Shown: positions 1-10,602 of the stretch, piece by piece
Layout of the letters: every line of letters starts with the position of its first letter
How positions within the stretch are numbered: the first letter of the stretch is position 1
NCBI RefSeq assembly: GCF_006345805.1
Contig: NW_021832376.1
Location: forward strand, 1 to 64,000
Direction: 5' to 3'
Source: Octopus sinensis
Lineage: Eukaryota
Length of the DNA: 64,000 nucleotides
Program-made: the position numbers and the translations under genes
Notes under the pieces: model-generated
Seen by the model: the letters and a program-made list of their open reading frames with translations, nothing else
What the model was told of the DNA's origin: nothing
The model's database searches: none

Positions 1-103
1 TTAGAATTCAGAAAATATGTAGATTGAGTAGTAAAGAGTCTTGCGTTCTGTTATTCTGTTCTACTCATTTATCTTCGATTGAATATATTTTGTTTACTTG
101 AAC

Positions 104-534
104 CGTTATGAAAACCTCCTCGAGGAATGTGAAGACGCAGGCTGGAAAGCGGAACATTTTCCTTTCGAAGTCAGATGTAGAGGGTTTGTTGGACAGCGTG
201 AGACGACTGTCGTTATCGCTAGGCCTAACTCATCGTAAAGTCAATACCACCATGACTGATATCCAATCTACAGTGGAGAAGGCTGGCCACTGGATTTGGT
301 TAAAAAGAGACGATGAGCGATGGCTAGAAGGATATTGAGTTCTTCATAACCAGCTGATCTAGCAAGCGGGGCCTCATATCAGTGAGGGGGGCCGGTGCGC
401 ATTGATGCCGTCGAGAGGTAGGCCCCGAAACGGCGCGCATTCTCTCCTGATGACCCCATACACTTGCTGGCTTCCGGTATACGGAGTTTTTGACTGGTAG
501 CACTTGCATGTGCAATTGTTTGCAAGACATCTAA
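104..534 (+). mobile_element. 3' fragment of an RLE-type non-LTR retrotransposon (HERO/NeSL/R2-like), frameshifted, with its 3' UTR
   Basis: The frame from 104 reads RYENLLEECEDAGWKAEHFPFEVRCRGFVG. It then shifts into the 108..338 ORF (SVRRLSLSLGL...STVEKAGHWIWLKR). This matches the recalled restriction-like endonuclease C-terminus of HERO-type elements. A GC-rich structured 3' UTR follows. Confidence 0.75.
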
Positions 535-953
535 AATTGGAATTTTGGAAAATAAAATTTTTTTATTTACAACCGCGATTTCCGCTTTTGTTTACGTGAA
601 ATTATTAAAAAAAAATTTAAGATTTGGCAGTTATTTCTAGCATGTGGAGAGACCTTCTAGGCTTAACTTCAGTTATTGGTTGGAAATCACGTAAAAAGAT
701 TCTGAGGTCGATACATTCGACTAAAACTTTCTCAAGGTGGAGCCCCAGCATGGCCACAGTCTAATGACTGCAACAAGTAGAAAGAAAAAGAAACGAAAAA
801 ACAACCCCAAAATATAACCGTGGGACTTTGGTCCGAGGGGCTTTTGTCCACTTTTACGCTTTAACAATGGGGCTTTTGTTTGAGGGACTTTTTGTCCTAG
901 ATCCCAGCTAGAATACCAGGGGCATTTCTCCATTTTGGGGCCTTTTCGCTTGT

Positions 954-1270
954 GAAGGCGCATAGCTCAGTGGTTAGAGCGTCGGGTTCACAATCATGAG
1001 ATAGTGAGTTCGATTCCAGGACTGCGCTGTGTGTTGTGTTCTTGAGCAAGTCACTTTATTTCACGTTGCTCCAGTTCAGTTCACTCAGCTGCTGTAGAAA
1101 GAAGTTGCAACGTCACTGGTACAAAACTGTATCGGCCCCTTTTTCCTTTCCCTTGGATATAACACCAATGGTGTGGAGAGGGGAGACTGGTAAGCATGGT
1201 CGACAGCTGGTCTTCCATAAACACCCTTGCCCGGACTTGTGCCTCGAAGGGGAACTTTCTTGATGCAATC
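954..1270 (+). mobile_element. tRNA-derived SINE (third family), diverged
   Basis: Head GGCGCATAGCTCAGTGGTTAGAGCG...GAGTTCGATTCC has A/B-box-like motifs and is followed by TGTGTTCTTGAGCAAG. Related heads occur near 34136 (+) and 31399 (-). Confidence 0.6.
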
Positions 1271-1464
1271 CCAGGGGAGTGGTCTTTTATCACAGCCAAC
1301 CAACCACATGCTCGGACGAAAATTCGTTTTTTTCTTCTTTATTTTTTACGATCCCTTTTGATCGAAAACCTACCCCACGTTTTTTTTCCTCCCCAAAAAG
1401 AAAAGCTCTACTTTGTCCCATCTGTGTAATTTGTCCCATCTGTGTTCAGCCCTGTGTGGCTAAT

Positions 1465-1472
1465 AAAGAAAC

Positions 1473-1542
<70 letters not shown>

Positions 1543-1578
1543 GTGTCTGTCTGTCTGTCTGTGTGTGTGCGTGCGCGC
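1465..1578. repeat. (TCTA)n, then (TGTC)n/(TG)n compound microsatellite
   Basis: Directly visible. Confidence 0.95.
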
Positions 1579-1673
1579 AGGTGTGTACGTTTAAAGGGCG
1601 AATGGACACAGAAAAGTCGACGGTCATCCAGTTATATGATTTGTATGACATTATTCAGTTTATTTCAAGATTT

Positions 1674-2734
1674 GAATCTTTACCTTTTGACCGATAGATT
1701 TAAAAAATAATTTTTTGTAACTAAACACTTTCAAACTTCGTATACTGGTAGAATGTGTCACATAAAACATCTTTTACTCTTGGCGTTGTTGAGAAAATTC
1801 TGTATTTTGGAAGTTATTTCTTGTTAAAGTTGTCCTGTTTCGGTAATTTCAACCAATCAACGACGTGTATTCAACTGAATAAAATTACTGCTGCTGTTTG
1901 TCGACAACTATCGGCAGTGTATATTTAGTTTGTCACTGTTATTTATGACATATTTCATCTCAGGTTTGTATGAATAAACGAGTGTATCTGAAGCATGTTT
2001 ACTTCATGGCACCACCATAATCGTTTGTGCGTCATTTTTCACTTTTTTTCAGTAACTCTAACCCTAACCATAACCCTAACTCTAAAACCCTAACTCTAAC
2101 CCTAAAACCTTAGCCCTAACCCTAAAACCCTAACCCTAAAATCTTAGCCCTAACCCTAAAACCCTAGCCCTAACCCTAAAACCCTAACCCTAACCCTAAA
2201 ACCCTAGCCCTAACCCTAAAATCTTAGCCCTAACCCTAAAACCCTAGCCCTAACTCTAAAACCCTAACCCTAACCCTAAAATCCTAGCCCTAACCCTAAA
2301 ACCCTAGCCCTAACCCTAAAACCCTAACCCTAACCCTAAAATCCTAGCCCTAACCCTAAAACTCTAACCCTAAAACCCTAAAACCCTAACCCTAACTCTA
2401 AAACCCTAACCCTAAAACCTTAAAGCTAAACCCAGTACAAACGCACGAACGATGTTATAAATAACAGTGACAAACTAAATATACACCGCCGATAGTTGTT
2501 GTTGACAAACAACGGCAGTAATTTTATTCAGCTGAATACACGCCATTGATTGGTTGAAATTACCGAAATAGGACAACTTTAACAAGAAATAACTTCCAAA
2601 ATACAGAATTTTCTCAACAATGCCAAGAGTAAAAGATGTTTTATATGACACATTCTACCAATGTCCGAAGTTTGAAAGTGTTTAGTTACAAAGAAATTAT
2701 TTTTAAAAATCTGTCGGTCAAAAGGTAAAGGTCC
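1674..2734. mobile_element. Non-autonomous DNA transposon with ~280-bp TIRs and an 8-bp TSD (Merlin-like), carrying an internal telomere-like array
   Basis: Left arm 1674-~1951 is the reverse complement of right arm ~2452-2734. CAAGATTT flanks both ends (1666-1673 and 2735-2742). Termini read GAATCTTTACC and, on the reverse complement, GGACCTTTACC. Confidence 0.8.
2053..2432. repeat. Interstitial telomere-like array with (TAACCC)(TAAAACCC)(TAGCCC) units, ~20-bp period
   Basis: Directly visible. It lies inside the TIR element. Confidence 0.95.
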
Positions 2735-3073
2735 CAAGATTTCATGCCGATAGAGAAAGAACTGGTTTCTAACGTAGACCCAAGATTCCTTCATTGGAAT
2801 TTCAACATCAACAGGGTATGTATGTATGTATGTATGTATGTATGTATGTATGTACGTACGTATGTATGTCAATTTATAACTCCAATAGAAATGAGGGTTA
2901 ACCCAATATACACAAAGCTTTACTAAAGCATGAAATACAAAATGTGTGTGTATGTGTTTGTCCCTCGTCGCCGCTACTTGACAACCGGTGCTGGTGTGTT
3001 TACGTCCCCGTAACTTAGCGGTTCGGCAAAAGAAACCAATAGAATAAGTAGTAGGCTTTCAAAAAAAAAAAAA

Positions 3074-3490
3074 GAAGAGTGGCTGTGTGGTAAGTAGCTT
3101 GCTAACCAACCACATGGTTCCGGGTTCAGTCCCACTGCGTGACACCTTGGGCAAGTGTCTTCTGCTATAGCCTCGGGCCGACCAAAGCCTTGTGAGTGGA
3201 TTTGGTAGACGGAAACTGAAAGAAGCCTGTCGTATATATGTATATATATATATGTATGTGTGTGTATATGTTTGTGTGTCTGTGTTTGTCCCCCTAGCAT
3301 TGCTTGACAACCGATGCAGGTATGTTTATGTCCCCGTCACTTAGCGGTTCGGCAAAAGAAACCAATAGAATAAGTACTGGGCTTACAAAGAATAAGTTCC
3401 GGGGTCGATTTGCTCGATTAAAAGGCGGTGCTCCAGCATGGCCGCAGTCAAATGACTGAAACAAGTAAAAGAGTAAAAGAGAGTAAAGAG
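3074..3490 (+). mobile_element. SINE family A (tRNA head, internal TA/TG microsatellite, AAAAGAGT tail)
   Basis: GAGTGGCTGTGTGGTAAG...CCGGGTTCAGTCCC head and CAGCATGGCCGCAGTCAAATGACTGAAACAAGTAAAAGA tail. Many near-identical copies lie in this window, and a partial copy lies at 2942-3058. Confidence 0.9.
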
Positions 3491-3725
3491 AACTGGGGTC
3501 GATTCATTCGCTAAAAAATTTTTTCAGGGCATTGCCCCCAGCATGGCCGCAGTGTAATGACTGAAGCAAATAAAACGTAAACGATGAATTTTAGCAACAA
3601 ATTCTTCTATGGACCCCGGTCGCAACCCATTAGATTAGAACCTTTCGGAGTCGACAAAGATTTACTGCAATGATTCAATTCTTAAAAAGTTTGCCAGTAT
3701 TTTCTTTTATAAATTTTACCATCCT

Positions 3726-3855
3726 TACTACTACTACTACTACTACTATTACCACCACCACCACCACTATCATCATCAATGTCATTCATAAACAATTTTG
3801 CCTGTTGTGCGATTACACCTGTGTTTAGTAGTAGTAGTAATAGTAGTATTAATAT

Positions 3856-3887
<32 letters not shown>

Positions 3888-4068
3888 GTATTAGTATTAT
3901 TAGTAGTAGTATTAGTAGTACTAGTAATAGTAGTAGTAGTAATAGTAGTAATAGTAGTAGTAGTAGTCGTAAAAGTAGTAGTAGTAGTAGTAAGAGTAGT
4001 AGTAGTAGTATTAGTATTATTATTATTAGTAGTAGTAGTAGTAGTAGTAGTAGTAGCATTAGTAGTAA

Positions 4069-4121
<53 letters not shown>

Positions 4122-4160
4122 GTAATAGTAGTAGTAGTAGTAGTAGTAGTAGTAATCTTA
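3726..4160. repeat. Compound (CTA)/(CCA)/(TAG)n microsatellite
   Basis: Directly visible. It explains the poly-L/S/V ORFs. Confidence 0.95.
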
Positions 4161-5361
4161 CTACAACACCGAAGAGTGTGTAATCCACGCTTATTCTATC
4201 CAATTACCCATGTTATTTCTAGAAATTCCTCCCCTTCCTCCTCCTCTCTCGCATATTCAGCGAATATTCCCTCACACTTCACCTCCTTTTTTCCATACAT
4301 TTTATCATCCAACCATTTCCCCCTCTCTCTCCTGCTTTACTTTTCGATAATCCCTCTTTCTCTCGTTTGGGTTCGCGTCTATACCTCTACGTGCTAGAAA
4401 CAGCAGCCAAATCTCCCCTCAAACGGGATGTTCCATAGCTCGACTGGTTTTCGACCGTAGGTCTGCTCCGTCAGAGCTGACCTGTGGCTAAACAATAATT
4501 TCCCTTCCTATTCACATGTCTCTCTCTCTCTCTCTCTCTGTTTTTACCTTTTTCTTTTTCACCTGGTCTTTCTCTCTCACATCCCTTCTCTCTCACTCTC
4601 TCTATCTCGCTCCCTCTCTTATGCTTTCTCTTGCATCCTCTTCCAATATTTTACCGTTGTATTTTTCTCTCTTTTACTTTCACTTACACTTTCTCTTTCT
4701 CCCTCTCTCTCTCTCTCTTTCTTCTTCATCCCCCCCTTCCTTCTTCACACGCGATATTTCTCTGGTCTGCAGTGTTGCTATGGCATCTGACTCCTCTCCC
4801 CACCTTACACGTTTTCGCTTCCTCCCATTCTCTCCTTAACTGCGTCTGTTAAGTTACTCACCCTTTGTATTTTTCTACTCTCTCACTCTCACTCTCACTC
4901 TCACTCTTCGCTTACTGCTCTTTCTCTCTGCGACACCCCCTCTAACTCTTATCTACTCTCTTTCACCCACCTCTTTGCTCACTACTCTTTTATCCCCCTC
5001 TCTTATTCCGTAAATACCCTTTCTTTTTTTCCTCCCCAATTCTCTTTCTTCGCTCTCTGTATCTCCCTCCTTCTGTATCTTCTACCTTTCCCATTCCACA
5101 TTTATTCCCTCTATCTAGTCGCATTTATATATCTCTTTCTATCTCTCATTGCCGTCTCACTTCCCTCTCTATCTTCATATACTTTTTCTCTCTCTCATTT
5201 TCCCCACCCCCTCTCTGATTCTTCTCCTACTTTATTCCCTCTTTCCTTTTCTCCCCCCTCACTATACAAACTCTCTCTTTCACTTCACACCATCACGCTC
5301 CCTTTCTACATCTCTCTCTTTCTTCGCCCGTTACACTCCCTTGCCTCTCTCTCTCTCTCTC

Positions 5362-5590
5362 TCATATATTACTTCATAATATATCCTCCCACTCTCGCTC
5401 TATCTCTCTCTCATAATACTTCATACTATATCCTCCCACTCTCGCTCTATCTATCTCTCTCTCTTCTCTCATAATACTTCATAATATATCCTCCCACTCT
5501 CGCTCTATCTTTCTTTATCTCTCTCTCTCTCTCATATTACTTCATAATATATCCTCCCACTCCCACTCCCGCTCTCGCTCTATATCTCTC
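5362..5590. repeat. Minisatellite, 4 copies of a ~50-60-bp unit (TCATAATACTTCATAATATATCCTCCCACTCTCGCTCTATCT)
   Basis: Four copies are visible within a CT-rich tract. Confidence 0.8.
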
Positions 5591-5640
5591 TCTCTCTGCC
5601 CTCTTCCCTCTTTCACCTCTCACCGCTACTCACTCTCCCA

Positions 5641-5691
5641 CATCAGCAGGAGCTGCAATGAACGGCAAACGCCGATGATTCGAATGACGAG
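5641..5691 (+). other. Candidate upstream (5' UTR or short coding) exon
   Basis: Ends at a strong donor GAG|GTAAGG (5692) after a long pyrimidine-rich region and before a CpG-richer stretch. Its link to the downstream gene is unproven. Confidence 0.25.
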
Positions 5692-6224
5692 GTAAGGACA
5701 GTTTGTATCTTGTTATCTTCCTAACTGTTGCTGACATTAACACAATCATCACCGGCATTAACATTAGGGGTATTCTCACCATCATCACCGCCATCCTATG
5801 TACGCACACCAGTCTGTGTTATTACGGCAGCTACCATCGCCGCCACCACCACCACCATCACCACCGCCACCCCGCTACTATCTATCCACCTTCACCGCCG
5901 CCACCACCACCATCACCACCATCTCCACCCCGCTACTATCAATTCACCGCCGCCGCCTCCACCACCGCCGCCACCACCACCACCGCATTGATCACCATGT
6001 CTACTACTACCGCCTTTGCTGCATCAGTAGTACTTTACTACTGCCGCTACTACACTATTATTATTATTATCAGTCACCATTCAGACATGAAATGACACAT
6101 TAGTACCAGTAATATATATAAGTACGCTACTACATCTTGTAAACTTAAGTCTCACTCCGCTCTCGGCTTCAAACCTGTTGGTCATTTTTACCCCCTAAAA
6201 TCATTACAATTACCACCACCACCT

Positions 6225-6430
6225 TCTCCATCATTACTTCCATCGGTATCACCACCACCATCACCACCACCATCATCACCACCACCACCATCATCACCAC
6301 CACCACCACCATCACCACCACCATCATCACCACCACCACCATCATCACCACCACCATCATCATCACCACCATCATCATCATCACCATCATCAACACTATC
6401 ATTCATATCATTCATCGTCGTCGTCATCCT
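6225..6430. repeat. (CAC)/(CAT)n compound microsatellite
   Basis: Directly visible. Confidence 0.9.
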
Positions 6431-8529
6431 CAATGTATTTTATGAAATCCCTAATAATATTGTCCCCTAATTCATAATACATAATAATACGAAGAAAAAA
6501 AAAAAAAAGAAACGCCAAATTAAAATGTAAATATTCTCATTTATTGGCAGAATCGGTAGGGACTGAAATAAGTCCCTTTGCATTGCGAGTTCAAGTGATA
6601 TCGAAGTCGACGACTTTCCCTTTCGATATCATATCAATAATATAAAGTATCAAATCCGTATCGAATGTGATCGACTACAGCCCCCCCCCCCCCCCCTTCC
6701 AAAGGTTACGGTTTTTTGTGAGAAACCATTTCTGCATTGGAAGAATCGTTTGAGCGTCGAAGAAAACGTTTTGCGTTACTTAGTTTCGCTTTCCGGGGTT
6801 TGATAAAACGAAGAAATATAAAGGCTACAGTCGATGTAACCGACGAGTCCCCCTTTTCCTCAAAAATCGTTAGCCCTGTGTTGAAATAATTTGGACCCTA
6901 AGTGGGGTTAATGGCAGAATTTGGTACGACGTAGGACTAAATAAATACATAGTGGCATTTAGTTAGGGACTTTTAAGTTTTTAAATTCAAAATCTCGTTG
7001 GTGACAGACAGGCTGATTGATGTCTTTCTTCTCTCCCGTCACTTGTTAAATCATGTTTAAAGGTCCAGGAATCATGTCCAATCATGTCCTGAGCTTATGC
7101 AGTAGTAGGGTTGTAAATAACGGTTGTCGGTTTAGGCCCGTGTCACCTCTAATCGAGCAGACCTATGCTCAGTCAAACGAGCGTAACCACCCCGTCTCTT
7201 TTCCCTGCCCTAGCAACTAAGAATCACATTAACGAACGTGTGCCCCTTTTCATAAACGGTAGAGTGTTATTTGAGGGAGATTTGGTTGCTATCCGTATCA
7301 AGTGGAGTCAACCATTTAGAGGTTCATCTCATACTCTGCCAGTGTGTGTCGCAGTAGGGGTATGGTGGTGGTTGTCACGGGTTATGATGACAAAACCTAC
7401 TACACTGGCATCACTAATTGAAATATATTGCTTTTGTGGCTATTAATTCGGAAAATAACAAAGAATTTAAGAAAATAAATGCAATTATTAACTGGTGTTT
7501 AGAACATAGGTGAAGATGGAATTTTGATGGGAAGTTTTAATTCAGATCACTTAAATGCGAAGTTTATATCTGGAATCCGTGCAGGGCAGTTCGGATAAGA
7601 ACGTTTAAGCCATTCCCATACATAATCGTTTTACAACTTCGAACTGTCATAGCCCTTTCTCACGGCCAGAATATACCGTGATATTTCAAGAATAGAATTA
7701 TCATAAAGGAAATTTACCATCTTCACTGGGTGTGCAACTCTCCTGGGAATTCAATCCCTACTTCCAGGTATTGGAGTCATATTTAATCAACAGCTTCATT
7801 ACCACTGCCACCATCAAAATATTTATCCTCATATGAAGACTTGTGACCACTATCATCAATTTGACTGTCACCGGACTAGGTGTAGGTGCTTCGCTGCATG
7901 TAAGATAAACCCAAACTGCAGTACCGGAGATGCCGTATCGCCGGCCTTCAGACCTCTATCATCAGATTAAATTCGGTCAATGATAACCCCCTTCTCTGTA
8001 TCATAATGCACTGCATTCTAACTTTCCCTGTTTTTTGTTGCCAATGGGATATACAAAGTAATTTCCCACCCTACACCTGTATACGTGCGAGTTTGTTAGT
8101 TCCTTCCTGAATGTATGTATATGTGCGAGTGGGGTTAAATCTGTGTATGTATTCAAGTACAAGAGTATTCACACCTGTATATCTGTGTACGCTTACGAAT
8201 ATGTGTATACGTGTGTTATCTGCATGTTCGGTTAAGTTTTTTTACAAACGTACATATCTGTGAGTGTGGTTATAATTTTACTTATCAACATGCGTATATA
8301 CGGGTGCGGCTACACCTGCATATTATACGCAAATACCTGCGAGTGTGGCTACGCCTCTCACCTTTGTGCGTGTTCGAATCTCATTACACAAGTGTGTTCA
8401 TGCGCAATTTTACTTACACTTGTATATGTGTATAGGGTTACGTCTGTGTTGTGTCTCGATTTGAGTGTGTTGTTGTTGTGTATGTGTCTGTTCATGTTTT
8501 CTGTGGTAATGTATTATATATGTGTATTA

Positions 8530-8599
<70 letters not shown>

Positions 8600-9113
8600 G
8601 TGTGTGTATTATATATGTGTATTACTCATATATATATATGTATATATATATATAATATATAATATATATATTATATATATATATATGTGTGTATTATATA
8701 TGTGTATTACTCATATATATATATATGTATATATATATATATGTATATATATATATAGATATATGCATATATATATATATGTGTATAGACATGCACATAT
8801 GGGTACAGGACATCAAAAACGCGTTGAACACAATGAGAAACGAAAACAAAAAAACATAGAAACGAACTTTTTTCGAACAACGGAAAAAAACAAACAGAAA
8901 CGAGATCTGCAACATAAAGAATATTCCTTGTTTCAGATGCATATATCTTCACTGTATACACACACACACATATATATATAAAACAATTGCAGCGTGGAAT
9001 TGTATATATATATATATAATATATATATATATATACACACGTCTACTATATACATATGACCAATTTTAAATACTATTGGATTTTACTCATATGGTATTGG
9101 AATCTTATATATA

Positions 9114-9522
9114 GGCGCAGGAGTGGCTGTGTGGTAAGTAGCTTGCTAACCAACCACATGGTTCCGGGTTCAGTCCACTGTGAGGCATCTTGGGCAAGTG
9201 TCTTCTGCTATAGCCTCAGGCCGACCAATGCCTTGTGAGTGGATTTGGTAGATGGAAACTGAAAGAAGCCCGTCGTATATATGTATATATATATATATAT
9301 ATATAAGTGTGTGTGTATATGTTTGTGTGTCTGTGTTTGTCCCCCTAGCATTGCTTGACAACCGATGCTGTTGTATTTATGTCCCCGTCACTTAGCGGTT
9401 CGGCAAAAGAGACCGATAGAATAAGTACTGGGCTTACAAAGAATAAGTCCCGGGGTCGAGATGCTTGATTAAAGGCGGTGCACCAGCATGGCCACAGTCA
9501 AAATGACTGAAACATGTAAAAA
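9114..9522 (+). mobile_element. SINE family A, full length
   Basis: Same head and tail as the 3074 copy. Confidence 0.9.
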
Positions 9523-9549
9523 AAAAAATATATATATATATATATATAC

Positions 9550-9945
9550 CATTCTGCATAAAAATATTTTTTTAATGGAACTACAAATACAATATCCCTA
9601 CACATCTCACATCTATTTTCTTTCCTCCACCTCACTCTCTATTTTGTATCCTATCTAAATTAACTATTACTTAACCATCCTCTCATACTGTCTCTGATGA
9701 AGGGATATAATAAATATCCTGGAAACAGCTGTAAGACCTTCTATCTATAAATATTCTAAAATCTACACAGCCTTGGCTTTTTATCTTATTACGCAAAAAT
9801 ATTTTTTATATACACACACTGACATATAACCAACGTTGAACCCCTTATTCGCAAAATCACCGAACCTGGAACTTAACTATGGTCTGTCCGTAACACTTAC
9901 TTAGCATTACCTGACATCTTTGGGTCTCAATGACATCATTACCTC
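9550..9945 (+). mobile_element. Penelope-like element fragment (pLTR-like) containing a minimal hammerhead
   Basis: AT-rich body with a complete CTGATGA...GAAA...TA hammerhead core. Minimal hammerheads are a known feature of Penelope-like elements. Confidence 0.5.
9690..9737 (+). ncRNA. Minimal type I hammerhead ribozyme
   Basis: GTCT-CTGATGA-[AGGGATAT AATAA ATATCCTG]-GAAA-CAGCTG-TA-AGAC. Stem I is GTCT/AGAC, stem II is GGATAT/ATATCC, stem III is the palindrome CAGCTG, and the cleavage triplet is GUA. Confidence 0.75.
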
Positions 9946-10100
9946 TCATAACCTATATATATATATATATAAATTAGACAAAAACCACTATTATGTCATT
10001 CAAACAATGATAGACTTAGCTCATACCATATAGAAAAAATAAAATATATGATAAAACATATCTAGATCACAAAAAGTACATAATAATAAAACATAATAGT

Positions 10101-10230
10101 AAAAGTCCATAATAATAAAAATAGTGGTTTTTCTCTAATTTATATATATTATATATTTATTTTGGGAAATTTGATTTAATACTAAATTGAATTTTTACCT
10201 GTAAGTTTGGAGTTATACTCCATAATATTA

Positions 10231-10266
<36 letters not shown>

Positions 10267-10578
10267 TCATATTATCTCTGTGTGCGTGTATGTATGTATG
10301 TATATATGTATATATATATGTGTGTATATATATGTATATATATATATGTGTATATATATATATGTACATATACCTATATACACACACATATATACATACA
10401 TACACGCACACAGAGATAATACGATGATATATATATATATAAAAATAATAATATTAGGGAGTATAACTCCAAACTTACAGGGAAAAATTCAATTTAGTAT
10501 TAAATCAAATTTCCCAAAATAAATATATAATATATATAAATTAGAGAAAAACCACTATTTTTATTATTATGTACTTTT
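10101..10578. repeat. Inverted repeat pair, ~136-bp arms (10101-10236 and 10442-10578)
   Basis: Three mismatches by eye. The spacer is mostly TA/TG/CA microsatellite. Confidence 0.85.
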
Positions 10579-10602
10579 ATATATATATATATAATATATA
10601 TA

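Noticed and set aside
954-1030. tRNA-like sequences here and at the SINE A and B heads
   Set aside because: The acceptor stems do not close and each continues into a SINE body. They are SINE heads, not tRNA genes.
2053-2432. True telomere or chromosome fusion site
   Set aside because: The array is degenerate, in one orientation only, and enclosed by TIRs with a TSD.
2745-2800. Possible hammerhead on the minus strand (CCAATGA...GAAACCAGTT) in the repeat hosting the Merlin-like element
   Set aside because: Two mismatches in the CUGANGA core and no convincing stem I.
3059-3310. Recurrent ORFs such as MSSNARGTNTDTQT... and MLGGQTQTHKH...
   Set aside because: Antisense or sense readings of SINE family A. 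They recur because the SINE does.
3682-4397. Poly-Leu/Ser/Val ORFs, and similar ORFs at 5703-6433, 8260-8981, 27589-27813, 41201-41506, 50069-50581 and 57397-58035
   Set aside because: Microsatellite translations.
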